Positions 60,968-64,000 of a DNA stretch of 64,000 nucleotides are shown here, one piece after another. Below the pieces are notes generated by a model, which had not been told where the DNA came from, searched no databases, and saw only the letters and a list, made by a program, of their open reading frames with translations. Position 1 is the stretch's first letter. Every line of letters starts with the position of its first letter. Made by a program: the position numbers and the translations under genes. The DNA is from Candidatus Latescibacterota bacterium (GTDB taxonomy: Bacteria > Latescibacterota > CBDCVA01): contig CBDCVA010000002.1 of the NCBI GenBank assembly GCA_965222935.1, positions 738,422-802,421 on the forward strand, given 5' to 3'.

Positions 60968-61846
60968 CTAGGGTTTTGCGTCCGCCGAGGGGTCTCGCGA
61001 ATGGCCCGCCGCCTTTGCAGCTAGCTTGGTCGCCCCTCCGTTCGCGGCGATGAAACCCCAATGCCTTAAGAAGTCTATCCAGCGCCGGCGAATCGGGCTG
61101 CCGTCGGGATTGGCTATCCAGTGTTGCGGGCGTTCGATCAATGGAAACGACTTGACGAGGCCAGCCTCCGCCGCCTTTATCTCGTCCATCGACGCCTCCT
61201 CCTCGGGCGTCTTCGGAGCGGCAAAGTAGTTGACGCTGCACATCCTCCGGTTAACTCCTCCGCCCCAACTGGCGTGCCAGATGCGGCTATCGAAGGCGAC
61301 CACATCTCCAGGCTCCGACCTAGCAACATAGGCGGGCATCTCATCGACGTCGAGGCCGCCCTTGTCAACGACCCCCTCGTTGGACTCTTTGAAGGCAATC
61401 CTCTTGATGTCCGAGTGGAGGGGCTCCTTGTGGGAGCCGGATATTAAGCGGAGGGCGCCGGTCTTCTCATCCAGCGGCTGCAAGTAGGAGGCGAACTTGA
61501 GTCCGCGCCTGGCGGGGTTATCCGCATCGGGATGCCACTCCGTCCGGTCACCGTCGAAGGAGTTGGAGTTGCAGGTTCGCCCGATAACGTCCCTGCCCAA
61601 GAGTTGCTCGGCGGACCCCAGGAAGCGAGTATCTTCCAGGAGTGAGGCCAGGAACGGCGTATCGGGTCCCAGATTGGACCAGTTGAACTGCTTGCGGATG
61701 CCCCGACGCTCGGTATTGGCCGTGGCCCAGGCGAGGCCGAGATCGAACTCCGAGGTTATGGTCCTGAGCTCGTCCGAGGTAAAGACGCCCTCCAGAACCA
61801 CGAAGCCAAAGACCTCGAACTGAATAATCTGGCTTTGTGTAAGCAT
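60968..61846 (-). CDS. PhyH-family Fe(II)/2OG dioxygenase
   Basis: MLTQSQIIQFEVFGFVVL, WHPD, YLQPL...GALRLISGSH, SEPGDVVAF...WHASWGG; RBS GGAGG. Confidence 0.85.
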   Translation of the reverse strand: MLTQSQIIQFEVFGFVVLEGVFTSDELRTITSEFDLGLAWATANTERRGIRKQFNWSNLGPDTPFLASLLEDTRFLGSAEQLLGRDVIGRTCNSNSFDGDRTEWHPDADNPARRGLKFASYLQPLDEKTGALRLISGSHKEPLHSDIKRIAFKESNEGVVDKGGLDVDEMPAYVARSEPGDVVAFDSRIWHASWGGGVNRRMCSVNYFAAPKTPEEEASMDEIKAAEAGLVKSFPLIERPQHWIANPDGSPIRRRWIDFLRHWGFIAANGGATKLAAKAAGHSRDPSADAKP

Positions 61847-62094
61847 AGCGTCCTCCGTCCATTGGATGATCGCCCCAGCGGCACCGAATGCCCGGCGTCC
61901 ATGGGACGGGCGATCCGGTGCACCCATTATACCTAAACCGTCAAAGCAAAAAAAGCCTTGCACATGACTGTTGGGGAGAAACAGGAACGGTTTTTCCGGA
62001 ACGGCACACCAGTGGAGAGGCCAAGATCACGTTCGGAGCGAGCGGATATGAATCGGGGCTTAACGGGCGATGCAGTGAAACTGCCGGGGGTAGG

Positions 62095-62925
62095 TCATTG
62101 GGGCTTAAGCTCCGTAAGTCTTTCCACCATACGCCGGATGCTCGGCCGATCGCTCTTCGCGAAGGATTCATGCGGTGGAAAGATGCCAGCATGACTGCCG
62201 TAGTAAAGGACGGAGGCGATCTGATCATCGGTAGTTGGATTCGCAGCGAATTTCAGGGCGATGAAGCAACGGCTGGTGCGGCCCCCCAGCACCGCGTGGA
62301 AAAGCGTCTGATTGAAGAAAAGCACGTCGCCCGGCTCCGATTCTACGGTAAGAGCCGGTAACGCATCTTCGTCAACGCCGAAGAGAACGCGGGCGAGATC
62401 GGTTTCCTCGGAGGCCTCGACCAGCCTCAGGTGCGTGACGAGCGGCTGCAGATCTCCGAAAAACGGGAGGCGATGCGAACCGGGAATCACCCGAAGGGCG
62501 CCCGAGTCCTTCGTCGTGGGATCGAGGTACATCATGACTTTGATCCGTGCGTAGTCGCACTCCTTCTCCCCACCGCGACGGACATCGGCATCCCACTCCC
62601 CGCTGCGGTCGGGATGCCAGCCGAATCCGGGGGCGTCGACTGCCAAGACCCCCTCGGAGCCACCCCAGAGGAAATCCGGTCCGAGTAGACTCTCGATCAC
62701 CTTGTAGATGCGGTCATCCTCGACGAGCTGGGTCAGAAGCGGCCGCAGTTCGACAAAGGGTGCAACGCGCTGACGCTGTCCCCGCAAAGGCTGGCCTTCC
62801 CGGTCCTGTTCCAACAGCGCGTCGGCCTCGCGTTTAATGGCTTGGATCTCATCATCCGAGAAAACTTTCCGCATGGAGAGGAAGCCGAAAGTGTCGAAGT
62901 AGGCCTTGTGTTGAGGGGTCAACAT
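62095..62925 (-). CDS. PhyH-family Fe(II)/2OG dioxygenase
   Basis: MLTPQHKAYFDTFGFL, WHPD, YLDP...GALRVIPGSH, SEPGDVLFF...FHAVLGG; paralogue of the adjacent gene. Confidence 0.87.
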   Translation of the reverse strand: MLTPQHKAYFDTFGFLSMRKVFSDDEIQAIKREADALLEQDREGQPLRGQRQRVAPFVELRPLLTQLVEDDRIYKVIESLLGPDFLWGGSEGVLAVDAPGFGWHPDRSGEWDADVRRGGEKECDYARIKVMMYLDPTTKDSGALRVIPGSHRLPFFGDLQPLVTHLRLVEASEETDLARVLFGVDEDALPALTVESEPGDVLFFNQTLFHAVLGGRTSRCFIALKFAANPTTDDQIASVLYYGSHAGIFPPHESFAKSDRPSIRRMVERLTELKPQ

Positions 62926-63123
62926 AGTGCTCTCCTGCGCGCGCCGATCGCTACTGAGAAACGACTCGTGGTGATGAAAGAGACGCCTGTGATAGGACGG
63001 TTCCCCCTAGCGTCGCCCGTTCAACCGCGCCATACGGGTTGAAGCAGAACAGCGGGGGGCGGCATGTGCCCCTAAGCGCCGTTGTGACGCCGATCCCTCC
63101 CGGTTACCTCGCAATCGTGAGGA

Positions 63124-64000
63124 TCACGAGAACAGATCCTGGTGATACAGAAACGCCATGCAGCAGGTACCCCATTCGGGGTGATCAATATCCATGACGG
63201 AATAGTCAACGGTTACGATGCTGCCATCTCCATAGCAGATTGTGCTGGGATAACCACAATCCGAGCAGTAACCGGTGTCGGAGAGGATGTACTCATGTTC
63301 CGTATCAAAGGTATTGCCCCCGTCGTGGCTGACAATGGCTCTCACTCCGAAAGGATAGGCGCGGTAGCCGTACGTGATGAGGACCTTCCCGTCGGGCAGA
63401 AGGGCGACGCTGCCCGGCGCCGGCCTCCTGACGCGTGAGTTCAAGGCTCTCCAATCTCCGGACTCGCTCCACTTGTCCCAGGTCTTCCCACCATCGAAAG
63501 AGTGCGCGACGCTGTTAGGCCTGTCGTTATGTCTCACGTAACCGACCCAGTGGTCCTGGTCCAGGGCAAGGAATCCAGTTTCGCTGGCTCCCGGTCCGAT
63601 GAGGGTGGGTTGCTCCCACGTCAAGCCTCCATCCCCAGACCGGTAAAGGTAGCTGATGCGTTCCGGGAGGTCGGGGTTCTTTTCCCGCTCATTCAGATTG
63701 TAGAAGCCCCTGGCGTTGAAGACCAGAGTGCCATCCGCTAATTTCCGCATCTGGCCATGCGGGTGCAAGAGCGTTCCTTCAGGTGAGTAAACCCGGCGCG
63801 GCTCCGACCAAGTCTTACCGCCGTCGCTCGAACGAATCACGTCCATCCATTCCAGATATGAAACTGTTTCAGGCGGTTCCGCCCGCTTTGCATGAGCATC
63901 AAATCCAACGAGGGTGCCGTACACCAACACCAAGTGGCCATCCTCGGACTGCGCCAGGGCCGGATTCCTCGGGTCCAGCTTCTGGCCAGGGTCACCGCGC
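63124..64000 (-). CDS. Sialidase/BNR (Asp-box) repeat protein (5' truncated by window edge)
   Basis: Four Asp-boxes SSDGGKTWS, SGDGGLTWE, SFDGGKTWD, SHDGGNTFD; TYGYRAYPFGVRA, DCGYPS; frame is open to the window end. Confidence 0.85.
   Translation of the reverse strand, partial: RGDPGQKLDPRNPALAQSEDGHLVLVYGTLVGFDAHAKRAEPPETVSYLEWMDVIRSSDGGKTWSEPRRVYSPEGTLLHPHGQMRKLADGTLVFNARGFYNLNEREKNPDLPERISYLYRSGDGGLTWEQPTLIGPGASETGFLALDQDHWVGYVRHNDRPNSVAHSFDGGKTWDKWSESGDWRALNSRVRRPAPGSVALLPDGKVLITYGYRAYPFGVRAIVSHDGGNTFDTEHEYILSDTGYCSDCGYPSTICYGDGSIVTVDYSVMDIDHPEWGTCCMAFLYHQDLFS

Overview
GC-rich bacterial chromosome segment. The gene content (three choline-sulfatase-like sulfatases, four PhyH-family dioxygenases, a DUF4159 protein, a DUF6785-type membrane protein, secreted proteins ending in 'SWGxIK') and a divergent 16S rRNA suggest a diderm candidate-phylum organism of the Latescibacterota/Poribacteria type; this assignment is inference only. 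The window holds a complete rRNA operon (16S-tRNA-Ile-tRNA-Ala-23S-5S), followed directly by a lower-GC Zorya type II-like anti-phage cassette (zorA-zorB-HNH). After tRNA-Arg(TCT) there is an ~11 kb patchwork containing at least five broken genes, then a long minus-strand block of catabolic and envelope genes. The best candidate for an undescribed system is an operon (41460-51585) encoding a membrane-anchored, TonB-like DUF4159 protein and three tandem ~950-aa paralogous exported proteins. These paralogues have a conserved Asp-rich putative Ca-binding core and a beta-barrel-like C-terminus, and an orphan 75-aa C-terminal fragment of a fourth paralogue lies at 35132. Also notable are two secreted proteins sharing a near-identical C-terminal 'VETSSWGxIKxxFK' tag (candidate sorting signal) and covarying substitutions in highly conserved 16S positions, including the central pseudoknot. 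No CRISPR array, integrase or transposase was seen. All assignments are by-eye motif recognition; no database searches were run.
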